64,000 nt of DNA, from assembly GCA_038213805.1 (NCBI GenBank), contig JBBQSO010000011.1, positions 4,205 through 68,204 of the forward strand. The letters are read 5' to 3'. A program made the translations under genes and the position numbers. Origin of the DNA: Planctomycetota bacterium (lineage in GTDB: Bacteria > Planctomycetota > UBA11346). Positions 51,557 through 61,665 of this stretch are shown here, in pieces (the first letter of the stretch is position 1; every line of letters starts with the position of its first letter). Below the pieces are notes generated by a model, which was not told the DNA's origin, did no database searches, and was given only the letters and a program-made list of their open reading frames with translations.

Positions 51557-52369
51557 ATGGCGGAACGGCGGCAGGATTTGGCGAAATCGATGGTGGTGCG
51601 CATCCCGCCGTCGCCGGTGCGCTGTGAGGTGCTCTACCTCCAACGCGGCACCTCGCCGGCTGGCCACGTGTTCGCCGCGCACGCGCACCCGTTCTGGCAG
51701 CTGGAGATCGCCCAGGCCGGCTCCTTCCGCTGCCTGGGAGGGGCGTCCGATCATCGCCTGAATCCCGGCGACGGGCTGCTCATCCCGGCGCAGGTCATGC
51801 ACGGCTTCAGCTACGACCGGCGCAGCCGCCACCTGTCGGTCAAGATGCGTGTGGAGGGCGTCGCCGTCCCCACCGCGATCCTGCCGCTGCGCGCCCTGTC
51901 CGGCTGGTCGGCGCTGCGCGCCGCCCTGCTGGCGATGATCGACGTCGACCGCCCGGATCGCGCCCGCCAGCACGCCGCCGGCCACCTGCTCGCTGCGCTG
52001 GTCGCGCTGGCCTCGGCGCCGCGCACGCCAATCCATGATCCGCCCTCGTTCGTCGAACGCGTGCGCGCCCTGGTCGAGCACGACGGCAACCGCCGCTGGA
52101 CGGTCACCGCGGTGGCGGGCGCGCTCGGCTGCTCCGCCAGCCACGCCTCGGCGGTGTTCCGCACCCAGGCGGCGCTCAGCCTCAAGTCATTCCTCGACCA
52201 GGCCCGCCAGGAAACCGCCGCGCAGGTGCTGGCCACCTCCGCCACGAGCATCGGAGTGGTCGCGGAAGAGCTCGGCTTCCCCGACATCTTCGCATTCTCG
52301 CGCTTTATCAAGCGCTTGGCCGGGGTCAGCCCCCGCAAACTCCGCCAGCGCCTGCAGCAGCGCAGCTGA
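51557..52369 (+). CDS. AraC-family transcriptional regulator
   Basis: N-terminal cupin HAHPFWQLE...IPAQVMH; C-terminal SIGVVAEELGFPDIFAFSRFIKR..GVSP; start could be 51590. Confidence 0.9.
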   Translation: MAERRQDLAKSMVVRIPPSPVRCEVLYLQRGTSPAGHVFAAHAHPFWQLEIAQAGSFRCLGGASDHRLNPGDGLLIPAQVMHGFSYDRRSRHLSVKMRVEGVAVPTAILPLRALSGWSALRAALLAMIDVDRPDRARQHAAGHLLAALVALASAPRTPIHDPPSFVERVRALVEHDGNRRWTVTAVAGALGCSASHASAVFRTQAALSLKSFLDQARQETAAQVLATSATSIGVVAEELGFPDIFAFSRFIKRLAGVSPRKLRQRLQQRS

Positions 52370-52390
52370 AGCGCCCGGCCGCAGGTACGT

Positions 52391-54835
52391 TCAGGGCTTC
52401 CCGCCCGGCACGATGGGCGTCTCGCCGACTGCGATCGCATGCACCGCCAGCTTGCCGGTCGCATCCACCAGCTCGAGCGTGAACGGCCGGTCGGTGCTGA
52501 CCGTGATGCGGTCGCCGCCATCGTCGTGGACCTGCAGCAGCGAGATGGTGGCGTCGCCCATCGCCAAGCGCCTGAGGCCGTTGGTCTCGCCCGGCAGGGG
52601 CGTCCAGCGCACCGTGCGGTGCAGTGCATCGGCCTCAATGCCGAGCAGGGTTTCGATCAGCAGCCGGATCGGTCCGCTGATCGACCAACTGTAGTCCGGG
52701 CCCGACTGGTTGCCGCGTTCCAACTTCTCGCTGCTGTAATTCTCCCAAATTGAACCGCTGGCGTCGAAGACCGCGAGCATCGCCTCAAGGTGCTTCACCG
52801 TCAGCGCGCGTGCCAGGTCGAGGCGGCCGGTGCGTTGGAATCCCTTCGCGACCATGGTCTCGGTCGGAGCCCACACCGAACCCAGCCAGTAGTTGCCGCC
52901 AGGCTTGAAGGATGGCGAATCCGCGGCCAGCGACGGCACCGGGTGCAGGCGCCAGAAGGTCGCCGGATCCATGAGCTGGGCAGCGAGGAGGGGGACGCGT
53001 TCCGCCGGCACGATCCCGGCCCACAGCGGCCAGAAGCCGGTGACCACCTTGTTCGGGTTGTGCTTCCCGTCCGCGAGCGAGGTCGAATAAAAGTGCATGC
53101 CCTCGTCCCACAGGCGGGCATTGCACGCGACGCCGATGGCGTCGTGCTCGCTGCGCCAAGCCTCGGCCTCCGCCGGCAGGTCGAGCGCGTCAGCGATGAT
53201 CCCCAAGCTCTCCGCGGCGTGCGCCATCTGTGCGGTGAGGTCGGGATAGCCGTCGCCCAGCGAGGGCGAATTATCGAGGCCGTTGGCCAGGCCCGTTGTC
53301 CAGTAGGTGCCGTCCGGCAGGCGGCGATTCGCGCGCAGCCACGCGTGGTAGGCGGACAGGATCGGATAGACCGTGCGCAGGCGGGCGAGGTCCCCGGTCT
53401 GGCGCGCCAAGGCCAGCTCGGCCACCGCGGGCATCGGCGGATTCGGGCTGAAGTCCGGCTCGTAGAGCAGTGGCAGGCCGTCGGCGACCGCGCTCTCGCG
53501 TGGGATGTAGCCGCCGTCCTGCTGGAATGAGTACAGCATGTCCAGCGTCGCGGTGTGCGGGAAGGCGCGCCATCCGTAGACCGTGGCCATGGCGGTGAAG
53601 CAACTGTCCCACACGAAGACCTCGTTGAGGAAGGTCTTGCGCGCGGTGCCGACGTAGGCGTTGGGCAGGCCGCTTGTAGGTGGTGCGCTGCGTACCAGCT
53701 CAAGCACCATCTGCCACGAGCGCGTGTACAGACGTTGAAAGCCGGCGTAGCGCGCGGGCAGCACCGGCTCGGGCACGGCGGCCAGCAGCGCATCCACGCC
53801 CGGCCACGTCAGGGTGCGGTACTCGCGCTGCGGCGCGTTGCGTCCATGACCTTCGAAGACCGGCATGGCGATGGTGACGTCGCCGTGCGGGCCGCTGACA
53901 ATCAGCGGCAGGATCTTCGCGACCTGGCTGGCCGGCTCGGCGCGGGTCTCGAACCCGCCGTCGGCGCGCAGGCGCGGAAGATCACCGCGCTGGACGGGCA
54001 CGTAATGCGGCGCACCCGGCAGCGACGTGGGGCGGTCCAGGTCCGGCGCCTTGCCGGCGGGGGCCGGCGCTTCATTGGCCTTCTCAGCCACGGGCAGACT
54101 CGCGCCAAGCGCGGTCGCGAGCAGCGGCAGCTCTGCGGCAGTCCCCGCCCCGGGCATCGCCCGCATGGTGACTTCCTGGAACGCCACGCCGTCCTTGCGG
54201 AACTGGCCGGCGGGGAAGCGCAGCACACATCCGGGCACCAGCGCGTCCTGCAGCGAGGCGTCGACCGTCAGCACGTCGGGCATGGCGGTGGCGACCATCG
54301 CCAGGACCTCGGCGCGATGGCGCGACGGGCAGTGATCATCGATGCCCTTGGGGTGGATGGAGCGCGCCCCGACCCGGATGGTCAGCGCCAGTTTCCCTGC
54401 CGCGACCGGCAGCAGTAGTGCGATGCGCACGCGGCGCTGGGGATCGCGCCAGGCCAGCGCCTCGTCGACGACCTGCGTGTCCCCGACCCACGCCGAAAGC
54501 GGGCGCGGGCAGTCCATGGCCAGCACCAGTGTTCCGGCGCGCGGGCAGTCCAGCACCAGTCGGCGGCAGGTGTTGTCGCCGCCGACCGGCAGGCGCAGGT
54601 CGGCGGGCGGCGGCGCCAGGGGCGCCAACGTCGCGGCGGCGGCATCCGCGGCGGGGCCGCTCCAACCGACGATAGTCAGGTCCTGTTGGCGAGGAGTGGG
54701 CCAGGCGATTGGCTGCGCGCTGTCTGCCGCGAGGGCATGCTGGCTGGTGCAGATGCCCAGGATGATCGCGATGTGGAAGAGCGCTGCCCACGGGGCTGGG
54801 CGGGTCGCGGTGTACGTTCCCGGCGATGGATTCAT
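52391..54835 (-). CDS. GH63/MGH1-like (trehalase-type) glycoside hydrolase
   Basis: VFVWDSCF, NPP, NGLDNSP, GFWPLWAG, YWLGSVWAP, IWENYS; ATG preceded by GGAG; signal-like N-terminus. Confidence 0.85.
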   Translation of the reverse strand: MNPSPGTYTATRPAPWAALFHIAIILGICTSQHALAADSAQPIAWPTPRQQDLTIVGWSGPAADAAAATLAPLAPPPADLRLPVGGDNTCRRLVLDCPRAGTLVLAMDCPRPLSAWVGDTQVVDEALAWRDPQRRVRIALLLPVAAGKLALTIRVGARSIHPKGIDDHCPSRHRAEVLAMVATAMPDVLTVDASLQDALVPGCVLRFPAGQFRKDGVAFQEVTMRAMPGAGTAAELPLLATALGASLPVAEKANEAPAPAGKAPDLDRPTSLPGAPHYVPVQRGDLPRLRADGGFETRAEPASQVAKILPLIVSGPHGDVTIAMPVFEGHGRNAPQREYRTLTWPGVDALLAAVPEPVLPARYAGFQRLYTRSWQMVLELVRSAPPTSGLPNAYVGTARKTFLNEVFVWDSCFTAMATVYGWRAFPHTATLDMLYSFQQDGGYIPRESAVADGLPLLYEPDFSPNPPMPAVAELALARQTGDLARLRTVYPILSAYHAWLRANRRLPDGTYWTTGLANGLDNSPSLGDGYPDLTAQMAHAAESLGIIADALDLPAEAEAWRSEHDAIGVACNARLWDEGMHFYSTSLADGKHNPNKVVTGFWPLWAGIVPAERVPLLAAQLMDPATFWRLHPVPSLAADSPSFKPGGNYWLGSVWAPTETMVAKGFQRTGRLDLARALTVKHLEAMLAVFDASGSIWENYSSEKLERGNQSGPDYSWSISGPIRLLIETLLGIEADALHRTVRWTPLPGETNGLRRLAMGDATISLLQVHDDGGDRITVSTDRPFTLELVDATGKLAVHAIAVGETPIVPGGKP

Positions 54836-55026
54836 GGCGGTTCTCCAGGATGGAATGGAGCGGAGAGGAGGTGCGAGTCTTGGTGGTCGGGACGCAATGA
54901 CAGTGCGCAGCGTCGGCTGTGGAAGTGGGCGCCTCAATGCCCAGTGGGCCGCTCTCCGAGCATTTCCGGAATGCGCGACGCTGGCGCTTCCAGCAGGTCC
55001 TCGGTCCACTGGCTTCCGGCGTTCCA

Positions 55027-56328
55027 TCATACCCGCCGCACCGCCACCAAACGGTACGGCCGGCCTTCCGGAAATCCGCTCAGCAGCGGAACATCCGCAC
55101 CGAGCTGAGGCGCCGCTTCGGAAGCCAGCCCGACTCCGGCCCCAATGCCCGCTTCTGCAACCGCCGCCGCGAGATCGTACGGCTTCCCACCCAGCGTATT
55201 GCAGCACGCCACCAGCAGCCCACCCGGTGCCAGGCGTCGGCAGGCCAGCGTCAGCACTTCGGGATAGTCCCGCCGCAGAATCCATCCGCCGCCACCCTGC
55301 GCAGAGGTCGGTGGATCGCAGATGATGAGGTCGTAGTCATCGCGGTCCTGCGCCAGCAGGGCGCGGCAGTCGCCGTGCAGCACGCGGTGGCGGTCGGCGA
55401 CGCCGTTGAGCGCTGCAGCTTCCCCGGCGCGCACCAGCGCGGGCGCCGACAGATCGCTGTCGACCGCGCTGGCGGCGCCCGCTGCGAGCAGGCTGATCGA
55501 GAAGGCGCCGGTGTAGGCGAAGAGGTTGAGCACCCGCCTGCCCGGGGCCTGCGCGCGCAGCCACACGCGTGTGGCGCGCTGGTCGACGTAGAGCCCGGTG
55601 GCCAGGCCGGCGAACGGTCGCAGCGGAAAGCGCACGCCGAGTTCACGGGCGACGACCACGGTCTCGGGGTCCACGGCACCGCCGTCGACGCGCCGGGTGC
55701 TCACCTCTTCGCGACGCAGATCGTCGAGGTGGTCGCGCACCACCACGGTCGCGCCGGGCATGCGCTCCGCGAGCCAGGCGCAGGCCGCCGCCACGTGCGG
55801 CGCCGCGCAGGCCGCCAGCACCAGCACCACCACCACGTCGCCATAGCGCTCGACGCGCAGGCCGGGCAGGAAGTCGCCCTCGCCGTGCACCAGCCGATAG
55901 CAGTCGGTGGTTGTGTCCGCGTGCAGGGCGGCGCGGCGTTCCCAGGCGCGCGTCAGGGCGGCGGCGACGTCGAAGCGCGCGTCGGGTTTGCGGTGGAAGA
56001 CGCGCGCGCAGACCTCGGCCTGCGGATCGGCGAGCGCGGCGGCGAGCGGCGTACCGCGCTCGTCGATGAGCGTGACCACATCGCCGGCGGAGAGCCCGGC
56101 CAGGCCGCGTGTGAAGCGATCGGGCCGCACCCAGGGATGGCCGGCATCAAGGAAGCGCGCCGTGGTGCGCGAGACCGTCACCAGCGGCCGGCCGCCGGTC
56201 GCACGCTGCTGGGCGACCACGCGTGCCCGCGCCGCGGCATCGGCGGCCGGCGCATGGGCGCCCGCGCGGGGACCGCGCGGGGCGCCGCGATCATCCTGGC
56301 GCCGGCCGTCGGCCGGCGGCCGGGTCAT
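55027..56328 (-). CDS. Class I SAM-dependent rRNA methyltransferase, RlmI/RlmK-like
   Basis: GHPWV, YRLVHGEGDFLPGL, TGLYVDQR, VLNLFAYTGAFS, IICDPP; ATG overlaps the hisI stop. Confidence 0.88.
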   Translation of the reverse strand: MTRPPADGRRQDDRGAPRGPRAGAHAPAADAAARARVVAQQRATGGRPLVTVSRTTARFLDAGHPWVRPDRFTRGLAGLSAGDVVTLIDERGTPLAAALADPQAEVCARVFHRKPDARFDVAAALTRAWERRAALHADTTTDCYRLVHGEGDFLPGLRVERYGDVVVVLVLAACAAPHVAAACAWLAERMPGATVVVRDHLDDLRREEVSTRRVDGGAVDPETVVVARELGVRFPLRPFAGLATGLYVDQRATRVWLRAQAPGRRVLNLFAYTGAFSISLLAAGAASAVDSDLSAPALVRAGEAAALNGVADRHRVLHGDCRALLAQDRDDYDLIICDPPTSAQGGGGWILRRDYPEVLTLACRRLAPGGLLVACCNTLGGKPYDLAAAVAEAGIGAGVGLASEAAPQLGADVPLLSGFPEGRPYRLVAVRRV

Positions 56329-56717
56329 GCGATCACCGGTTTGTCGCAGTGCACGCTGCCATCGCGGTCGATGCGGTTCGCGAAGCAGCTGCGCCGCAGC
56401 TGGTGGCAGGCGGGCCCCGGGGCATCGACGCGGTAGAGCACCACGTCGCCGTCGCAGTCGGTGCGCACCTCCAGCACGCGCTGTTTGTAGCCGCTGGTCT
56501 CGCCCTTCACCCACAGCCCACCGCGGCTGCGGCTGTAATAGGTGGCGACGCCGGTGGCCAGGGTCTGGGCCAGGGCCTGGCGATCGGCGTAGGCGAACAT
56601 CAGCACCTCGCCGCTATCATGCTGCTGCGCGATCACCGGGACCAGGCCCTGGGCATCCCAGCGCAGCAGCGCGAAGGCCTCGTCCGGGCGTTCCTGGGGG
56701 GTGATGTCGGCGGGCAT
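56325..56717 (-). CDS. hisI: Phosphoribosyl-AMP cyclohydrolase
   Basis: GLVPVIAQ, YYSRSR..LWVKGETSG, DCDGD, ACH..RRSCF. Confidence 0.96.
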   Translation of the reverse strand: MPADITPQERPDEAFALLRWDAQGLVPVIAQQHDSGEVLMFAYADRQALAQTLATGVATYYSRSRGGLWVKGETSGYKQRVLEVRTDCDGDVVLYRVDAPGPACHQLRRSCFANRIDRDGSVHCDKPVIA

Positions 56718-56871
56718 GGCGGGGGTCGCTGCGGGAAGGGGGTGGGTGCGGTGGCTGGACAGGGTGGGGCCGGGCCTAGCATCATCGGGCCTGGCCACCG
56801 CCGGGCCCTGCCGCTGCTCCAGCGTCCGGTCGTCCGCGCACCGTCAACACCCTTCCGCGAATCCCCCGATC

Positions 56872-58317
56872 ATGACCGAGTTCGAGCCCGTCATCGGCCT
56901 GGAAGTCCACTGCCAGATGAAGACCGCCACCAAGATGTTCTCGGGGGCGACCACGGTCTTCGGCCGCGAACCGAACAGCCAGGTCGACCCGGTGTCGCTC
57001 GGTCTGCCCGGCGCGTTGCCGGTGATCAACGGCCACGCGGTCGAACTCGCGGTCAAGGCCGCCCTCGCCCTGGGTGGCCGCGTCCAGGAGCACAGCAAGT
57101 TCGACCGTAAGCACTACTTCTATCCGGACCTGCCCAAGGGCTACCAGATCAGCCAATTCGACGAGCCTTATTGTCTCGGCGGCACGGTCCTGATCGAACT
57201 CGCCGACGGCCGCGAGAAAGTCATCGGCTTGACCCGCATCCACATGGAGGAGGACGCCGGCAAGCTCATCCACCAGGATCATGGCGGCTATTCCGAGGTC
57301 GACCTCAACCGTGCCGGCGTGCCGCTGATCGAGATCGTCTCGAATCCCGAGCTGCGCTCCTCGGCCGAGGCCTATGCCTACCTGATGGAGCTCAAGCGCG
57401 CCCTCAAGTGGGTCGGCGTCTCCGATTGCGAGATGCAGGAGGGCTCGCTGCGCTGCGACGCCAACGTCTCGGTGCGCCCGGTCGGTCAGGACAAGTTCGG
57501 CACCCGCGTCGAGATCAAGAACCTCAACTCGTTCCGCGCTGTCGAAGCCGCCATCGACAACGAGATCAAGACCCAGGTGGCGTTGATCCGCGCCGGGCGT
57601 GGCGCAGAGATCAAGCAGCAGACCAAGCTCTGGGACCCCGACCAGAAGACCACCCGCCTGATGCGCACGAAGGAGGACGCGGCCGACTACCGCTACTTCC
57701 CCGAGCCCGACCTGCCGCCGCTGCACATCACCGCCGCGCGCCTAGCCGAGATCCGCGCCACCATGCCCGAACTGCCGCGCGTGCGCGAGGAGCGTTTCGT
57801 GGCGGTTCTCGGCCTGGAGCGCGCCGTGGCGCGCGAACTCACCGCCGAGGCGTCGATCGCCGACTACTTCGAGGCGGTCATCGCCGCCGGCGCCAAGCCC
57901 AAGCTCGCCGCCAACTGGACGCGCGAAGAGGCTCTACGCCTGGCCAACGAGCGTCACGAGGCGCTCACCATCGCCGCCCCGGTGGCGACCATGGCGAAGC
58001 TGATCGAGCTGGTCGATGCCGGCAAGGTCGCGCGCGTCGAGGCCAAGATGGAGACCACCGACCTGTTCGCTTCCAAGGAGGACCCCGAGGCCTACTTCAC
58101 GCGCAAGGGCAAGATCCTGGTCCAGGACGCGGGCGCGCTCAGCCAGTGGGTGGCCCAGGCCATCGCCCAGGAGCCGAAAGTGGTCGCCGACATCCAGGGT
58201 GGCAAGCTCGCCGCGCTCGGCCGTCTGGTCGGCGTCACCATGAAGCTGTCCGGCGGCAAGACCGAGCCCAACCTGGTCAAGGCCGAGCTGGTGAAGCAGC
58301 TCGGGATCCAGGGCTGA
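56872..58317 (+). CDS. gatB: Asp-tRNA(Asn)/Glu-tRNA(Gln) amidotransferase subunit B
   Basis: VIGLEVH, RKHYFYPDLPKGYQISQ, HMEEDAGK, RCDANVS, EIKNLNSF, DYRYFPEPDLPP. Confidence 0.98.
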   Translation: MTEFEPVIGLEVHCQMKTATKMFSGATTVFGREPNSQVDPVSLGLPGALPVINGHAVELAVKAALALGGRVQEHSKFDRKHYFYPDLPKGYQISQFDEPYCLGGTVLIELADGREKVIGLTRIHMEEDAGKLIHQDHGGYSEVDLNRAGVPLIEIVSNPELRSSAEAYAYLMELKRALKWVGVSDCEMQEGSLRCDANVSVRPVGQDKFGTRVEIKNLNSFRAVEAAIDNEIKTQVALIRAGRGAEIKQQTKLWDPDQKTTRLMRTKEDAADYRYFPEPDLPPLHITAARLAEIRATMPELPRVREERFVAVLGLERAVARELTAEASIADYFEAVIAAGAKPKLAANWTREEALRLANERHEALTIAAPVATMAKLIELVDAGKVARVEAKMETTDLFASKEDPEAYFTRKGKILVQDAGALSQWVAQAIAQEPKVVADIQGGKLAALGRLVGVTMKLSGGKTEPNLVKAELVKQLGIQG

Positions 58318-58327
58318 GCCGCGCCAC

Positions 58328-59233
58328 GTGAGCGGTCAGCGCTACCTGATCATCGCCAACAAGACTGGCCAGCTCGGCAACCGCCTGGTGGTGTATGCGC
58401 ACATGCTGGGCGCGGCGCGCGAGCGCGGCTGGACCGTGCTCAATCCGTCGTTCGGTGAATACGCGGACCACTTCACCGGCACGCGCGGGCGCCTGGCCAC
58501 CCAGCACGCGGAGCCGTTGATCAATCCGCCGCGTCTCGGCACGGTCGAACGCGAGCATTTCTACCGCCTCAACCGCGCCGGCTACAAGCTGGCACGCACC
58601 CTCCACCACCTGCCGTTCGGCGGCATCGGCTGGGCGCGGGCGCGCGAGGTCCTGCACTACGACCTTGAAGAGCTGCTCAACCGCGCGGACGCGCGCGGCT
58701 GGCGCTGGCTGTTCACCCAGAACTACCATTTCCGCCAGCACGCCTGGTGCGCCCGGCACGCCCAGCACATCCGCCGCGTATTCACCCCGGTGGAGCCGCA
58801 CCGCAGCGCCGGTGAAGCAGCGGTCGCCCGCGCCCGTGCACGCGGCGACGTGGTGGTCGGCGTGCACATCCGCCACGGCGACTACCGCCAGCACCTCGGT
58901 GGCCGCTTCTTCTACGAACTGCCGATCTACGCCGATCTCATGCGCCAGCTGGCCGCCGCCCTGGCGCCGCGCCGCGCGGTCTTCCTGGTCTGCTCCAATG
59001 CGGCCTACGGCCCTGAGGACTTCGCCGGCCTCGTGATCGCGCCCGGTCCAGGCCACATGGTCGCCGATCTGCACGCGCTCTCGCGCTGCGACCAGGTCTT
59101 CGGGCCACCCAGCTCGTTCAGTGCGTGGGCGGCCTTCCACGGCCAGGTGCCGTACCGGATGATCGAGGACCCCGCCGAGCCGATCGGCTCGCGGGATTTC
59201 GTCATTCCGGTATCGCCGGATCCGAAATACTGA
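58328..59233 (+). CDS. GT11 alpha-1,2-fucosyltransferase-family protein
   Basis: GQLGNRL, VGVHIRHGDY, DLHALSRCD, SSFSAWAAF. Confidence 0.85.
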   Translation: MSGQRYLIIANKTGQLGNRLVVYAHMLGAARERGWTVLNPSFGEYADHFTGTRGRLATQHAEPLINPPRLGTVEREHFYRLNRAGYKLARTLHHLPFGGIGWARAREVLHYDLEELLNRADARGWRWLFTQNYHFRQHAWCARHAQHIRRVFTPVEPHRSAGEAAVARARARGDVVVGVHIRHGDYRQHLGGRFFYELPIYADLMRQLAAALAPRRAVFLVCSNAAYGPEDFAGLVIAPGPGHMVADLHALSRCDQVFGPPSSFSAWAAFHGQVPYRMIEDPAEPIGSRDFVIPVSPDPKY

Positions 59234-59266
59234 GGAGCGGGGCGCGTCCTGGTCGCTTCCCGGCGC

Positions 59267-60037
59267 TCAGTAGCGGAAAATGCGCCGCTTGAGCGCGAAG
59301 CGTAGACGCTTGCTGAGGCTGACGCGCAGAGCGCGATTCATGGTCCCGCTCACACCACAGAGCAGCGGCGGCGCCGGCGGCAGATTCCAGGTCAGGCCCT
59401 GGGCCAGGGCGCTGCCAGTGGCGCGCGCCAGGGCGTGCTCAAAGAAGACGCTGCGGGCGTCGTCGATGACCTCCAGCTGCGGCACAAGGTGATCAGCGAA
59501 AAATCGCGGGGTGCCGGCGAACCAGCTTGAATCTCCGACTCGTAGGCCGTCGCGCAGGTCGCAGGCGACGTCCGGACGCGGCGTCGCGGCAGCGACCGCC
59601 TTCACCAGGCGCGCGGCGTTCGTCACGAAATAGCGGCCAGTGCACTTAAATACGTGCGAGGCTTCCCCAATCAGCCTTGAATGCGCGAGTGCGAACGCAA
59701 TGGTGCGCATCTCTCCGTAACCCTTCCCGCGCGCGCGCGGGAAGTCCTGCCCGGGCCAGCAAATGATCTCGACGTCAACTCCGCGCGCAGCGGCGGCCGC
59801 CCGCTGCGCGGCGAAGGCGGAGGGGTCCCAGCCAGAATTCTCGCACAGCACGATCGAACGAAACTGACCGCAGCTGACCCAGCGATCAAGCGACTCGCGA
59901 TAATCGTCGAGACGTACTCTGGGATCGTGGCGCGCGGTGTGGGCGACGCCGCTGACATCGACAGCAGCGGTGAGAAGCAGCACCGGCAACCAGTCCCTGC
60001 CTGCGCCGCGTGCGACACTTGCAGATGCAGAGTTCAT
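59267..60037 (-). CDS. Hypothetical glycosyltransferase-like protein
   Basis: LLLTAAVD, RLDDY, IVLCENSG, GKGYGE, FKCTGRY; pattern resembles polysaccharide-locus hypotheticals. Confidence 0.65.
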   Translation of the reverse strand: MNSASASVARGAGRDWLPVLLLTAAVDVSGVAHTARHDPRVRLDDYRESLDRWVSCGQFRSIVLCENSGWDPSAFAAQRAAAAARGVDVEIICWPGQDFPRARGKGYGEMRTIAFALAHSRLIGEASHVFKCTGRYFVTNAARLVKAVAAATPRPDVACDLRDGLRVGDSSWFAGTPRFFADHLVPQLEVIDDARSVFFEHALARATGSALAQGLTWNLPPAPPLLCGVSGTMNRALRVSLSKRLRFALKRRIFRY

Positions 60038-60335
60038 GGACGGCTTCCCGCTCGTGTGGATTCGCACGTTCGTGTCATGTCCAGGCTCGTGGCATCCGGG
60101 TGAACGTTCCCATGCCCATGTCGGCCGGCAAGGATGAAGTCCCGGGTAGGTCGCGGCGCCGCGTATGGCCGTCGTGGCGCGGGTGGCGCAAGGGCGGCCA
60201 AGTGCAAAAGGGGCCACGCCGGCAGTCCGTAGGGTGCTCACGCCACAGCGTCGACTGGGAGCAGGGCGACGGTGGTCGGAGTGCAATTTCGCCCAGGCCT
60301 TGCCGTCGGCGTCGCTCCCGGCTACCCTCCCCGCC

Positions 60336-61511
60336 ATGCGCCCGGTCTCCCAGCTCGAAATGCGCGTCGGCCTGCTCATCGTCGCCGGTCTGGTGGCGAC
60401 GGTGGTGATGATCCTGGCGGCCGACCATCTGCACTTCGAGCGCGTCTACCGCGTCTCGGCCATCGTCGTGGACGCCGGCGGCCTGCGCGCGCACTCGCCG
60501 GTGACGCTCTCCGGCATCCGCATCGGCGAGGTCGAGAGCCTGGCGGCGATCAGCGATCCGCGCGGCTCGGTGCGGGTGCGCTTCAAGGTCAACCAGGAAT
60601 ACCCCATCCCGGTCGAAAGCGGCCTGACCATCTCGTCGAGCGGCATCTTCGGCGACAGCTTCCTGGCCTTCGCCGGCCCGCTGCCCGGCGCCAAGCCCTC
60701 GGGGCGCACCCTGGCGACGGATGGCAGCGCCGAGGTCACCGCCGGCAAGGGCTTCATCGACAAGGTCGGCGGCCAAGCCGAGCAGATCATGACCGCAGCC
60801 GGCGATCTGCTCGACAAGCCGATGCGCGACGACGTCAAGCGCCTGATCCGCAACTCCGCCGACCTCGCCGCCGCCGGCACCACCCTGGCCGAGGGTCTCC
60901 AGCAGCAGAACCAGCGCATCGCCGACGCGCTAGACGGCATCCGGCGCCTGACCGACGAGCTGCATGCCACCACCGCGACGCTGAGCACGCGCACCCAGGC
61001 GACCATGGATCATCTTGATGCGACGCTCGCCGCCATCGACAGGCAGGTCGGCAGCCTCGGCGCGGCCGGCACCGCGACGCTCGGCCGCATCGATGCGCTC
61101 GCCACACGCGGCACGCAGCTCCTCGACGCCAACGCTGCCGACCTCAACGCCACCCTGGCGAGCGTGCGCCAGCTCAGCGAGCAGGCCGGGCGGGTCGCGG
61201 GCGCGCTCGCCTCCGGCCAGGGGGTCATCGGCCAGCTGCTGCTGAGCAAGGACCTGGTCAAGGACCTCAATGACACCGCCATCGACCTGAGCCGCACCGC
61301 CAACCTGGTGTCCGAACACCCCGAGGTGCTGGTCTTCGGCGCCACCAAGGAGGAGACCGCCGCCCTGCGCGCGCGCCGCGAGCGCGAGAAGTTGCGCCGC
61401 GCCTTCCAGGAGGACTACGTGCCCAATCCGCTGCTGCTGCAGACCGCACCGGTGGAGAAGCCGGATGGCAAGCCGCGTGAGAAGAAGTCGGAGGCTGATC
61501 CGGCGCGCTGA
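60336..61511 (+). CDS. MCE/MlaD-family protein
   Basis: EMRVGLL TM, AGGLRAHSPVTLSGIRIGEV, SSGIFGDSFL, long helical C-terminus. Confidence 0.9.
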   Translation: MRPVSQLEMRVGLLIVAGLVATVVMILAADHLHFERVYRVSAIVVDAGGLRAHSPVTLSGIRIGEVESLAAISDPRGSVRVRFKVNQEYPIPVESGLTISSSGIFGDSFLAFAGPLPGAKPSGRTLATDGSAEVTAGKGFIDKVGGQAEQIMTAAGDLLDKPMRDDVKRLIRNSADLAAAGTTLAEGLQQQNQRIADALDGIRRLTDELHATTATLSTRTQATMDHLDATLAAIDRQVGSLGAAGTATLGRIDALATRGTQLLDANAADLNATLASVRQLSEQAGRVAGALASGQGVIGQLLLSKDLVKDLNDTAIDLSRTANLVSEHPEVLVFGATKEETAALRARREREKLRRAFQEDYVPNPLLLQTAPVEKPDGKPREKKSEADPAR

Positions 61512-61665
61512 TGGCTTGGGCGTCATCCTGCTTTTGCGCGCAGCCCCGGATCGGGCAGTGGACCGATAGAAGCGCGGGTGGCGCTCTGGACAGGTCGCCT
61601 CATCGGCTCCGCTACTCCGCGGCATGAGCGCGATGTCCAGCCCAGGGTCTGGCATCTCCGCAAGA

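Noticed and set aside
54960-54974. Near-palindrome GCATTTCCGGAATGC upstream of the GH63 gene
   Set aside because: Single imperfect site with no supporting second copy
56872-58317. gatB without adjacent gatA/gatC
   Set aside because: Split gat genes are common in many lineages
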